Counted from the stretch's first letter, positions 8,089 through 17,954 are shown. The stretch is DNA of 64,000 bases from Patescibacteria group bacterium (GCA_045541795.1 JAZQJV010000003.1:1623-65622); one strand, 5' to 3'. Notes: a model not told the origin generated them from the sequence alone. Program-made: numbers and translations.

Positions 8089-8463
8089 CTAGTCTTCTAG
8101 CGCCTGGGTGAGCTGTGCCTCCGCCGAGGCGAGCTGGGCGGGACTGGTGGCCTCCATGATGGCGGAGACGAGGTCTTTGAGGAAGCTGGCGGAAATGGTG
8201 GCCACCTGGGTGGTTTCTAGGCGGGGTGAATCAATGACCACCGTCTGGGCGGCAGGCTGACGGGTGGAAGTTGCACTGGCGGAGGTGAGGTCTTGCTGGT
8301 CGGCGAGGCTGGAAATTTCTACCAGTAGGCGTGACCACTCCGGCGTGAAGATCTCAATGATGGCGCCCGTGGAGACGGCGGCGATCGCCAAAGAGGCGAG
8401 CGCCTCGAGAGCGATTTTTTTGAGTGAGTGGGCGGCGCCTGCTGGCGTGATAGATGTGGTCAT
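8089..8463 (-). CDS. hypothetical protein (~124 aa, hydrophobic N-terminal segment)
   Basis: The ORF 8089..8649 is trimmed to the Met at 8463. That Met is preceded by TATAAT plus 6 nt (leaderless). Confidence 0.4.
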   Translation of the reverse strand: MTTSITPAGAAHSLKKIALEALASLAIAAVSTGAIIEIFTPEWSRLLVEISSLADQQDLTSASATSTRQPAAQTVVIDSPRLETTQVATISASFLKDLVSAIMEATSPAQLASAEAQLTQALED

Positions 8464-8507
8464 GGGGGTATTATAGCACAATGTTGGCGGCGGGGAAAGG
8501 GGAAGAT

Positions 8508-8543
8508 TGGCGGTGTCATCTTGGGGTTGTCCAGGATGGTGCC
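8508..8543 (+). repeat. 36-bp direct repeat, copy 1 (TGGCGGTGTCATCTTGGGGTTGTCCAGGATGGTGCC)
   Basis: Identical copy at 8657..8692. The two copies bracket the promoter at 8603..8631. Confidence 0.6.
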
Positions 8544-8602
8544 TGAATAACGCCAAACACATTTGAGACTGGAAAAGGAACTCAACTGGAATTTTTAATA
8601 TC

Positions 8603-8631
8603 TTGACAAAATGGCAGTTTTGTGATATAAT
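8603..8631 (+). promoter_or_regulatory. consensus promoter TTGACAAAATGGCAGTTTTGTGATATAAT driving ORF 8717
   Basis: TTGACA-17-TATAAT. The spacer contains the inverted repeat ACAAAA/TTTTGT. Confidence 0.6.
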
Positions 8632-8656
8632 AGTAACATCAAGCTTCAATTGATGC

Positions 8657-8692
8657 TGGCGGTGTCATCTTGGGGTTGTCCAGGATGGTGCC
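8657..8692 (+). repeat. 36-bp direct repeat, copy 2, in the 5' UTR of ORF 8717
   Basis: Identical to 8508..8543. Confidence 0.6.
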
Positions 8693-8716
8693 GCCATTTG
8701 TAAGAAAAACAGGATT

Positions 8717-9106
8717 ATGCAGCGAGAAAAGAGAGGTAAAAAATCTGGTGGTTTAGTGTTGAGGAAACATGAGCAGTCAACGGTAGAGTTTTTGCAGGAA
8801 AAGGGTTTCAATTTGAAAGTGATACCTCCCAGTAACGTGACAGGAGTCAAAACTCCCGACCTTTTGATCTCTGGTATCCCATGGGAGATGAAATCCATTA
8901 CTAAGTCAAACACAAAGACAATCGAAAGAAGCTTTGGGCACGGACTCAAGCAAGCACCAAACTTGATATATGACTTGCGCAACCTCAAAACTGACGAAGC
9001 GGAGCAAGCAGTTAGGATATTGCAATGGTGCATAAAGAAGTTTCACCACGCGAAACAGCTCATGGTTATTACCAAAGATAGACAACTGCTCAAGTTGGAA
9101 AAGTGA
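8717..9106 (+). CDS. small PD-(D/E)xK-type nuclease-like protein (orphan)
   Basis: 129 aa. TPDLLISGIPWEMKS supplies a PD...ExK catalytic triad pattern. No partner gene is evident. Confidence 0.5.
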   Translation: MQREKRGKKSGGLVLRKHEQSTVEFLQEKGFNLKVIPPSNVTGVKTPDLLISGIPWEMKSITKSNTKTIERSFGHGLKQAPNLIYDLRNLKTDEAEQAVRILQWCIKKFHHAKQLMVITKDRQLLKLEK

Positions 9107-9156
9107 CCATCCATTCCCCACTTGCATTTTGCGGGAAATATGGCATAATATACGGT

Positions 9157-10071
9157 ATGCCGAGTAACAACGCTTACGACTTTTTGCGTCAATCCATTGC
9201 GGGCGGCGCTGGCGCGCCCGCTCGTGTGCCCGCGCCGGCGGCGCGCACCACGCCAGGGGGCGCACCCGCTGATTACTCCGCCATCCAACCGGAGCAGCCG
9301 CGCTACCGCGCGCCTGGCGAGCGGGAGCGCGAGGCAGAACTGACGCTAGATGACCTCCCCCCCGTCCCGCCGATTTTGACCCTGCCGCCAGGCGTGGATC
9401 TGCTGGACTTTGTAGGCCGGGTGGAGCGGGCTTATGATATACATTATACGGATGATAAATATGTAGATCCTAGTCTTCGCGGGGCGGCCGGCAACAGTGA
9501 GCACGCGCTAGACCTGCTGGATGATGCGGCCGTACGGATGAGTTTTGCTGACTACGCGGCTGCCAGCGATCTGTTTTCTTTGTGCGTGATACTGGCGCCA
9601 AATTATTTTTATCATTTTTGTTTGGCCTCGGCGCGCTATCATATGGGAGATTTTGATGGTACACTCGCCTACTCGCGGCTGGCTTTGGAAGGTATCCGCA
9701 AAAACGAAGAATTGAGTGACGGCATTCATTTTTACATGGATCAAATGGACTTTGTAGACGCTTTTTACTTCCAGTTTATCGAGAGTTTGATTTTTACAGG
9801 CAATCTGGACGAGGCCAAAAGCATGACGGATTTTGTAGTGAGTGGCAACGTCTTCCAGGTGGCCCAAAGTTACCTGGATCTGGCGTGTGATTACTCGCTG
9901 ATCGGTGAGTTGGCTTACGCCGCTAAGCTTATAGACCGGCTGATGCCGTATATCGGAGAGCTGGATGAAAAACGGCGCGCAATACTTTTAGCCTGGATAC
10001 CAAATATTTTGGCCGGTAAACCGGGCGAAAAACTAGTGGTGGACGGCGTGGACTTGACAAAACGGGGATAG
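9157..10071 (+). CDS. hypothetical protein
   Basis: The ORF 9103..10071 is trimmed to MPSNNAYDF at 9157. That start sits 7 nt downstream of TGGCATAAT (leaderless). Confidence 0.5.
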   Translation: MPSNNAYDFLRQSIAGGAGAPARVPAPAARTTPGGAPADYSAIQPEQPRYRAPGEREREAELTLDDLPPVPPILTLPPGVDLLDFVGRVERAYDIHYTDDKYVDPSLRGAAGNSEHALDLLDDAAVRMSFADYAAASDLFSLCVILAPNYFYHFCLASARYHMGDFDGTLAYSRLALEGIRKNEELSDGIHFYMDQMDFVDAFYFQFIESLIFTGNLDEAKSMTDFVVSGNVFQVAQSYLDLACDYSLIGELAYAAKLIDRLMPYIGELDEKRRAILLAWIPNILAGKPGEKLVVDGVDLTKRG

Positions 10072-10115
10072 TGTGATATAATAATATAGGATATGATAGA
10101 AAAAGTAACGACAAG

Positions 10116-13100
10116 ATGACAACAGAAGGAGCCAGATTATCAGCACAGGATCTAGGATTACCAGGTTGGAATTACGATCCCGAGCTGTCTAGACATGATG
10201 TTTTAACGGATACCGAATTGACTGAGGCATATGATGACAATGAGCGCCATGACGAAATAAATAAACTACGAAGTACGTACGAGCGTATCACTCATGAGTA
10301 TCAGCAGGATGGCGATACCGAGCTTTTGCTATCAGAGCTAAAGGTCCTATCTGCCTCAGCAGAGAAATTAACTAAAAAGTACCGTGAGCAGCGCATGGCA
10401 ATTTTGAAGAGCACTGAAAAAGACCCGGATGAAGTTTCACTTGCTTCTGCTCATTTAGCTTTCACAGCGATAAAGGATGTACATGACCTCACGGATAAAA
10501 TCAACGGGATCGTGGACACCGTCAGCGGCGAGGCAACAGCGCAAAAAGCGCCACTGGGATCGGAAACGAGGGCCGCTGGCGAGCCGACCAAGACAGAGCA
10601 GGCAGAGCCGGAAGTAAAACCGGCGGCAGAATCAACGCCAGAAGAAAAGCCGGCCGACAATGATACCGCCAAAACCGAGACTCAGCAAGAGAGCAAACCG
10701 GCCGAGAAGGAAGAACGGCCGCAAGAAAAACAAGAGGAAAAACCGGAAGAAAAGCTACCTTTCCAGCCAGAGCAAGTGAAGGTAAAAGGTGCAGACGGCA
10801 AAGAAAGACTGCTCAAACCTGAAGAGTTGGCTTGGTGGCAACCCGGCAAGACAGTAGAATGTATCAGTGGCTGGGATAAAATCGGCAGTGTGGCCGACGG
10901 CGGAATAGATAACGGCAGTCATATGTTCCGACTAGATAGCGGGACAGGACAGCTGATACTGCGCACGGCAGACGTGCCACCTACAGACAATGATAGCGTG
11001 GTGGATGAGCGTTTCCGCCCGCGGCGATTGGGAGAGATAAAAGAAATACAGGTACTCACGAGCGAGTGGAGCCAGACCAAGCAAGACGAGGCCGCACGGC
11101 GAAATGAGTATGAAGTGCTAGTCCGGACAAAAGACGGACGGGAATACCGTTTTGTGAGTACAGACAGCGAGATGTCACGTGAGCAAGCGCGAGTGGCTTA
11201 TGAGCAAGAGCAACAGGAGCAGCGTCAGGCCGCCCAGGCGCGAGAAGAAGAGCGGACTAAAGCTATCGAAGGCCACGAAAAAGAGCTGGCGATGGCGGAG
11301 CTTTTGGGGATCAAGGAAGATCTACACCAGATCAGCGAGGCGGCCACTATCGGCCTGCGTGACGACGGCAGCAACCGGCTGGATGAGAACAGTTTTGACA
11401 GTCTCCACCGAGAAATCCGCCGGAGCGTACTCACCAGGCGTCTGGAGACAGTGACAGCCATGCTAGAAGGTGGCGCGAGCGAGGACGAGCGGCGGGAGCT
11501 GGTAGCCGAGCAGGCGGCAATCCGTGAAGAGTTAAGTAAACTCAATGCTGCCGGGACGGCGCTAGAATTTGGTGAAATCAAAGATAAAAACGGGAAATTG
11601 ATCCTGAAGGCACGCGAGTACCAAAATTACCGTGAAGCGCTCAAAGGGGAAATCAAGGCCAGATCTACCCAACTAGAGCGTTACGCCGAGCGCGCCAACA
11701 AAAAAGATGGCCTCAAACCGCATGAGAGGTACGCTTTTGAGGAAGCACGCAAGGCTCTGGATGAGGCGATCGCCGTACAGCTAGAATATGAAGCCATAGC
11801 CGAGTATGATAGTTACCAGGCGCGGATAAATGCTATCAGCGAGGCGACGATCACTTACAAAGGTAGTGATAATAAAGACGTGACGGTGGATTTGCGCTCA
11901 GACGAAAAGAGCAAAAACGGAGAGATTTTATCTTTGCAGGGCAAACTTGCCGAGCTGGGTGACCAGATCGCGGCGGCGCAAGATTTCATCACTCGGATAG
12001 AGCAAAACCCTAATGCCCGTTATGACAAGCAGACGGTGGCAGAGGTAAAAGAAAAACGAGAACTGATCAAAGCCAAAAACAAGCAAGCTGAGCAAATCCG
12101 TGAAGTAATGCGCCAGCTGGAAGAAAAAGCCAGGAATTTGATGACTTTGCGTCAGGTCTTTTACCTACAAGCGCACGGTCGGGTGGAAGAAGAAGATGCC
12201 GCTCGCAGTGAGATGGGTATCGCTTATGACGTGACCAACGGCAATAATGAGTTTTTTAGCTATGCACTCACGGTGGCTTTAGGCAGCAGCGGTATCCAGG
12301 AGCAGTTAAAAGACTCTACGCTCAATGCAGACGGCCTGGCAGACATTTTGATCGGCCGGATGACACAAATTCATGACGACGCCGAGCGAGAATCCTCCCG
12401 TGGCAGCGGTATCGCTCGGGCGGTAAACTCTTTGCGGATGCTGAGTTTGTCTAGTACTTTCATTGATAAGGCTTACTACGGGATCGCAGGCAACGATGGC
12501 GTTTTTTCCAATAAACTCACTAGTGAGATGCTCATGATGTCTGGCGCGCAGCTGCTGCAAGCCAAGCGCAAGGCGCTAGAAGCCGTGCGCTACCGGGCGG
12601 GAGATTATGGTAGCACCAGCATAGACGATCAAGAAAATGCGCGCTGGCAAAAATTGAGAGCGGCCGAGGAAAATTGGGCAGCGAAAGACGCTGGCTTGAT
12701 GCCCAGAGTGATGGCCGCCGAGGATAATCTTGCTGAGCAAGACAGGAAACATCCGGCGGGATATAAGATCACGGCTGAGATACCGGTGGGTTATGAGTCC
12801 ATAGACCAAGCGATCGCCAGAGATGAGAATGCCCAGCGTGGTCAACAGCGCCGACGGGAAGCAGTAGGGCAGGCCAAGGGACAGCTAGACGACACGGTGG
12901 CGAGCCGGCTGGAGGACTTGCAGCCATACCGGGCAGAAGTCGATAGATACCGGGAAGATGTTTTCGCCAAGTATGACCGGTTGATGAGCGAGTGGGAGAC
13001 GGAAAAGAAGGCACTGAAAGCACAGGTAGACGCCAAGCAGACAGAAATCCAGGGTCTACTCAAGCAAAAGCAAGCACTGGAGGATGAGCGGAGACGTCGG

Positions 13101-15569
13101 CTTTTCCAGCTGGATCAACGGGCAGCCGCTGCCAGTGGTGAAAGTTTGCGCGAGATACAGGATGACCGGGCAGAAGTGATCACCGAGTACTCCGGCGGAC
13201 TAGAGGAAATAAACGAAAAACTGGCGACAACGTACCAAGAGTTGACCGCTCTACAGCCGGAAAAACTGGAAAGTGATGTCAGTTTCCAGGATTGGTTGGC
13301 AGAAAAAGGAATGCAACTTGATGCCGAAGAACTGGAAATTTTGCAGCCGTACTTAGACAAGATGGCCGAGGCCAACCGAGCATTCCAGACGCAGCGGAAA
13401 TTTGTGTCTCAAGTGAAATCCACGTGGCTTTTTACCGTGGTGGGGTCTTTTAACAACAGCAAGATGAGCTTGACGGCGGGTACCAATGAAATGGGTGGCT
13501 TTTTTGGCCGGCTAGATCAGACGAGCCACTTACGGCCAGACGGCGTGTCTAATCCAGAGGTGATGGAGGCAAATGATCTGTGGAATAAAAACTTTGGCAC
13601 GGGGAAGTTTGACGCTGAGGCGCAGCGTTACTTGGGAGAAAATGGGGACTTACAGCGGATAGTAGCAATGTGTGTACAGGAGCTGCGCAACCCGCGGAGT
13701 AAATACTGGGCGGGCAATAGTGACCTGAGTCAGAGTGACGGCGTGCGCAAGCTGGTGGATGAGATGTTTGACACGTACTGCAATACTGAGGGCCGGGAGA
13801 CGATCGGCAAGATGAGTAAGGAGCAGCGAGAGTTTGATAAGCAGCTGGTACTGATAAAAATTGCACGTGATGACTTGGTGCGTAAATACGCCGTGGAGGC
13901 TTACGGCGTGTGGTTTACCGCCCTGAAAAACAAGCAGTGGGACAAGCTGACGCATAGCGGCGTGCTGATGGCACTGACGTATGGACTGGTGAGGGGGAAA
14001 AATGGCAGCATGCGGGCGATGTTGGATTTTATAGATCTGGATGAGATCACGGCTAAAATACAGGCGCAAATAGATAAGTATTATCCGGAGGGCGATCCAG
14101 AAGAAGAAAGGCAATATCGCGGGCTTCAAGAAAAAATCGAGACGGAAGAGTTGATTATGCGCGAAGAAATGCGCAAGAATAATGAAGCCGGCCGCTTGCA
14201 GGCGGAAGAAAGAATTAGTAAGTTGCGCCGGAGTGTCGGAGACTTAGGAAAACGGTACGATCAGATGTCATCACTGGATCTATTGAAGGCGAGAGTACAG
14301 AGACACAAACTTTATTTAGATGCTGCCTTCCCCCATGGAACTTTAGATGAACGTGCTCAAATACGCCAGCAAGCCGTCGATACGAAACGCGAAAATGACG
14401 CAATTATACGTAGAGAACTAGAAAAATCTCAAGAAAACAAGCCTGGCTTAATGAGGAGGATATGGCGGGTGTTTGTTGGCAGCGAGAATCAGCCATCTGT
14501 ACGGGAAGAAACTGTAAAATATCAGTATACCTTTTCGGAAGAGGATTATATAAATACTTTCCTGAAATCTGGGGACGTGGAACTTACTGATCAGCAAATT
14601 CGCGAATTGGTACAGCGAGCCAGAGAACGTGGGGATATAGTTGACGGCCAAACTACCAGATCATCCACTGACTCAAATGGGACAACGAAAACTGAAGTAG
14701 TTGGCTCGCAAACAGTTGAATTTAAACCAATTAAACTCAATCTTAAAGCTGATTATTCATTTAAACCGAGGAAATTTAGTGATGATGCCCCTACAATGGA
14801 TGCTTACCTCAATCAACCTCCAGAAGGCAGGCAAGCAGCCGCCGATTGGCTCGATGCTCATGACGCTTTTGGCGAGATCATCGCTATGTGCAGCAGTCCG
14901 ATAGACAAAGGCTTGATAGAAGACCCGGAAAAACTGGTGGAAGCGATCAATAAGATCAATACCAATTTCTCACGGATTGCCTCGATCGCCCTAGATAATA
15001 GTGATGCTAATATTGCAGGTTTGCCTGGATCGGACGTAAAATATAACTACATGCGCGAAATGGCGGAGGCAGCATATTGCGGCTGGATAGAGAATGTGTT
15101 GCACACAGTTGGTGGGGCGCATCCCAGGCGTTTAATTGATGATGAAGGGATGCCAACCGATAGCAATAAAAAGTACGTCAGAGATTTTAATTCGATCCTA
15201 GCCGCTGTAAGGAGTTCTTTAGGCGACTTGGGTAGCAATTCGAGGAATAAATCAATTTATAACGAGAAAATTCATGCAATCCTAGATCTGAACTCTAAAT
15301 ATTATATGGGTCCAGAACAAGATATATATGAGCCAGATCCTTATGGGGAAGCTGCGTACGCATTCAGATATAAGGATTTTGTGGATGGTAATTTATTGCA
15401 ATATCTAGTAATGGACGTCGGTAAAAAAGTTGGTTATGCTGACTCTCATGGTACTTTGTTTGCGAAATGGAATGAACAAAGTAAGAGGATGGAATTGATA
15501 CCAGGTATGAGAATGCCAGATGAAATCTTACAGGTACTGAGAGAACCACTTACAGATTCTGATGGCTAA
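10116..15569 (+). CDS. giant acidic coiled-coil protein (1817 aa), hypothetical
   Basis: A single uninterrupted ORF. The N-terminus is E/K/P-rich with low complexity, followed by extensive heptad-like segments. No signal peptide or TM segment. Confidence 0.6.
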   Translation: MTTEGARLSAQDLGLPGWNYDPELSRHDVLTDTELTEAYDDNERHDEINKLRSTYERITHEYQQDGDTELLLSELKVLSASAEKLTKKYREQRMAILKSTEKDPDEVSLASAHLAFTAIKDVHDLTDKINGIVDTVSGEATAQKAPLGSETRAAGEPTKTEQAEPEVKPAAESTPEEKPADNDTAKTETQQESKPAEKEERPQEKQEEKPEEKLPFQPEQVKVKGADGKERLLKPEELAWWQPGKTVECISGWDKIGSVADGGIDNGSHMFRLDSGTGQLILRTADVPPTDNDSVVDERFRPRRLGEIKEIQVLTSEWSQTKQDEAARRNEYEVLVRTKDGREYRFVSTDSEMSREQARVAYEQEQQEQRQAAQAREEERTKAIEGHEKELAMAELLGIKEDLHQISEAATIGLRDDGSNRLDENSFDSLHREIRRSVLTRRLETVTAMLEGGASEDERRELVAEQAAIREELSKLNAAGTALEFGEIKDKNGKLILKAREYQNYREALKGEIKARSTQLERYAERANKKDGLKPHERYAFEEARKALDEAIAVQLEYEAIAEYDSYQARINAISEATITYKGSDNKDVTVDLRSDEKSKNGEILSLQGKLAELGDQIAAAQDFITRIEQNPNARYDKQTVAEVKEKRELIKAKNKQAEQIREVMRQLEEKARNLMTLRQVFYLQAHGRVEEEDAARSEMGIAYDVTNGNNEFFSYALTVALGSSGIQEQLKDSTLNADGLADILIGRMTQIHDDAERESSRGSGIARAVNSLRMLSLSSTFIDKAYYGIAGNDGVFSNKLTSEMLMMSGAQLLQAKRKALEAVRYRAGDYGSTSIDDQENARWQKLRAAEENWAAKDAGLMPRVMAAEDNLAEQDRKHPAGYKITAEIPVGYESIDQAIARDENAQRGQQRRREAVGQAKGQLDDTVASRLEDLQPYRAEVDRYREDVFAKYDRLMSEWETEKKALKAQVDAKQTEIQGLLKQKQALEDERRRRLFQLDQRAAAASGESLREIQDDRAEVITEYSGGLEEINEKLATTYQELTALQPEKLESDVSFQDWLAEKGMQLDAEELEILQPYLDKMAEANRAFQTQRKFVSQVKSTWLFTVVGSFNNSKMSLTAGTNEMGGFFGRLDQTSHLRPDGVSNPEVMEANDLWNKNFGTGKFDAEAQRYLGENGDLQRIVAMCVQELRNPRSKYWAGNSDLSQSDGVRKLVDEMFDTYCNTEGRETIGKMSKEQREFDKQLVLIKIARDDLVRKYAVEAYGVWFTALKNKQWDKLTHSGVLMALTYGLVRGKNGSMRAMLDFIDLDEITAKIQAQIDKYYPEGDPEEERQYRGLQEKIETEELIMREEMRKNNEAGRLQAEERISKLRRSVGDLGKRYDQMSSLDLLKARVQRHKLYLDAAFPHGTLDERAQIRQQAVDTKRENDAIIRRELEKSQENKPGLMRRIWRVFVGSENQPSVREETVKYQYTFSEEDYINTFLKSGDVELTDQQIRELVQRARERGDIVDGQTTRSSTDSNGTTKTEVVGSQTVEFKPIKLNLKADYSFKPRKFSDDAPTMDAYLNQPPEGRQAAADWLDAHDAFGEIIAMCSSPIDKGLIEDPEKLVEAINKINTNFSRIASIALDNSDANIAGLPGSDVKYNYMREMAEAAYCGWIENVLHTVGGAHPRRLIDDEGMPTDSNKKYVRDFNSILAAVRSSLGDLGSNSRNKSIYNEKIHAILDLNSKYYMGPEQDIYEPDPYGEAAYAFRYKDFVDGNLLQYLVMDVGKKVGYADSHGTLFAKWNEQSKRMELIPGMRMPDEILQVLREPLTDSDG

Positions 15570-15706
15570 TCAGCAGGTTGTATACACATGACTTATTACT
15601 TGTTTACCTTAACCGGGTACTTATTGGTGTATTACACACGTATCATCTGACAACTCTAATTGAGCTTTAAGCTATTATATTAATGGCGCAAATGTGGTGA
15701 TGCTGA

Positions 15707-17866
15707 TTAGCCTCTGCCATTAGCAATGCTATTGAGTACCATTTCAATGTGTGACATGTTTTGCACGTCTTTGAGATCGACCTTATCAAAACCGAGCCTT
15801 TCATTAACAGCATTTCGAGACGCAACATTTCTTCTTTGCATGTAAGCCTGTTCACGAGCATACCATCTCGTAGGTGCTGGAAGAAGTCCTGCAGCTTCGG
15901 TAACGCTTTTCCAGATGCCACCATTACGGACTGACGAGCGCCAGTGTTGACGCGATCCTTCTCCATATTCCATCTCTTTTCTGATAGCAGCTTTACGGAT
16001 TGCAGCTTGGTTACTGACATCTGTTTTATTATCAATTTCGTAGCGTTCAAGCTGTTCTTGAAACGCTTTTCTCTTTTCCTGTAAGGCTGTCTTCGCAGCT
16101 TCCACTTCTGCATTTGCACGCTCGATGGCTTCATCAGTGTCATATCCTGCTTCTTCATATTTACCAATTAGCGCCCTACGTCCAGCATCCGACTGCATAC
16201 GATCTAGCTTTTCTTTGGCGGTATCACGGGCACTTAGGGCATTATTAAGATCAGAGTACATCTGTCCACTAATAGTGTCTCCTTGTTGTTCATCTACGTT
16301 CCTACTCGCTTCAATACGTCTTCTAGCATAGTCTGCCGCACCAATTACTGATCCTGCGCCCCATGCCATCGCTTCTCTCCCCGCAAACCTCCCCAACCCC
16401 ATCGCTCCCCGCCGCATCTGCCCGAGTGCGTACGCGCCGCCGGCATTCATCATGCGGCCGCCGGCCGCGCTGGCCATCTGCTCGAAAAAGCCCGGTCCAC
16501 CGGAGAGTTTTTGCTTGATGCCGTTGACGATCTCGGGGAGAGCGAGGAGCATGGCCATGGTAATAATTGTGCCGGCAGCACCGGCAGTTGCGCCTTCGCC
16601 TTTATTACCTGTAATATAAGGTGGTACAAAGCCGGCATCAGTGCCAGTACTGTACTTATTGATCACACCGGTCATCACGATAATGACGAAGACAATAATA
16701 GACGGAGCGAGGTTGGCCGCCATCTTTTTAATCCAGCTGGAGAAACTATTAGTGCCAGGGATGGCATGCATCATCAGGAAAAACGGCGAAAACATCGTAT
16801 ACAGGAGTACTGAGGCATAGGCTTTCATCAGGATGAAAAGCAGGCGGAAGAGACTAAAGACAAGTGCGATCATGAATATAAGTGCGACCGTGGCTCCAGC
16901 GAGATTGCCAGCAATCGTGCTCCAGACACTCTCTTTTCCCATGAAGGATTGGATCATTCCAGATACATTTGTGAAAACTGTGTCATATTTACCAGACAGA
17001 ACCACTGACGCTAAATCGCCAAAACTGCCAAACATCAGGCTGTTTTTTGTAAATGCGCCACTACCACCTGAGCTGCCAGACTTTATGTCCACAAATGACC
17101 CAATCAACAGCATGATCCAGTACATCACATCAATCATGAAGCCGGCAATAGCATAGGAAAAAGTAACTAGGATGAGGGCAATGACAATGCGCGGCAAAGC
17201 TTGCTGGGCGGTAATGGCCGCCTGCGAGCCGATTTGCTGGCGGAAAAGGATCATAATGGCGATAATGATGATGAGGATAGCAAAAATCATGTAGACAATA
17301 TTGCGAAAGACGCGCCAGATCCGCAGGAAGGGCGAGAGGGCATAGTAGCCATAACCTTGAGCGTAAGTGGGTGAGGCCAGCCCCATCGACTGCATGGCGT
17401 CAGCTACGTAATAGACGCCACTGGCGGGAGGATTGTACGTCTGGGCAATGAGGTTGGTGACGCCACCGATGACGCCGCCGGTTTTACTACCCTTGGCACT
17501 GCCAGTGCTTTCGTCGCCAGTGAGGTCTACCCAGAGGATGCCCTTGCTGGAGTTAAATTCTGTTTCTTTGAGGCAGTCGATATTGGCTTCTTTACAAGTG
17601 CGGCCTTCCTTGGTGATATTGAGGTTTTTGTTGTCATCTTTGGTGGAAGTGGGAAATCTCTGATCGTTGCCTGCGCTGTCGCCACCTGTTTTGTCACCAG
17701 AACTTCCGTTCGTGAAAAACTCGACCTCGATTTTGTTTTCTGAGGTGGTGGTGTCGGCCGCGCGCGGGCGGGCAAAAAGCTGGGTCATCACGGCCACGAG
17801 GCCTACCAGAAAGAGGGAGATTGAGATGTATCGTGCCCAAGGCAGTGTTTTACGTTTTGGTTGCAT
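15707..17866 (-). CDS. polytopic membrane protein with cleavable signal peptide and C-terminal coiled coil; VirB6/TrbL-like (type IV secretion) candidate
   Basis: 719 aa with an N-terminal signal peptide and about 6 TM helices (for example IFAILIIIIAIMILF and IALVFSLFRLLFIL). The family assignment is by architecture only. Confidence 0.5.
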   Translation of the reverse strand: MQPKRKTLPWARYISISLFLVGLVAVMTQLFARPRAADTTTSENKIEVEFFTNGSSGDKTGGDSAGNDQRFPTSTKDDNKNLNITKEGRTCKEANIDCLKETEFNSSKGILWVDLTGDESTGSAKGSKTGGVIGGVTNLIAQTYNPPASGVYYVADAMQSMGLASPTYAQGYGYYALSPFLRIWRVFRNIVYMIFAILIIIIAIMILFRQQIGSQAAITAQQALPRIVIALILVTFSYAIAGFMIDVMYWIMLLIGSFVDIKSGSSGGSGAFTKNSLMFGSFGDLASVVLSGKYDTVFTNVSGMIQSFMGKESVWSTIAGNLAGATVALIFMIALVFSLFRLLFILMKAYASVLLYTMFSPFFLMMHAIPGTNSFSSWIKKMAANLAPSIIVFVIIVMTGVINKYSTGTDAGFVPPYITGNKGEGATAGAAGTIITMAMLLALPEIVNGIKQKLSGGPGFFEQMASAAGGRMMNAGGAYALGQMRRGAMGLGRFAGREAMAWGAGSVIGAADYARRRIEASRNVDEQQGDTISGQMYSDLNNALSARDTAKEKLDRMQSDAGRRALIGKYEEAGYDTDEAIERANAEVEAAKTALQEKRKAFQEQLERYEIDNKTDVSNQAAIRKAAIRKEMEYGEGSRQHWRSSVRNGGIWKSVTEAAGLLPAPTRWYAREQAYMQRRNVASRNAVNERLGFDKVDLKDVQNMSHIEMVLNSIANGRG

Positions 17867-17954
17867 AGCCCATAGCTGTATTATACCTCAGTTTTGCAAA
17901 AATGCAAGATGCAATTGCTAGGGAAATGATGGATGGATCAAGAAGTCGGCAATT

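Noticed and set aside
7700-8100. Possible tmRNA, RNase P RNA or SRP RNA on the plus strand downstream of the orphan promoter
   Set aside because: I could not find the conserved cores (tmRNA GGGG...T-loop...ACCA with an ALAA tag ORF, RNase P CR-I/CR-IV, SRP GGAAGCAGCCA). This is left as an open finding, not called.
15667-16167. 166-aa minus-strand ORF and other internal ORFs overlapping 15707-17866
   Set aside because: Alternative frames of the VirB6-like gene with no independent support.
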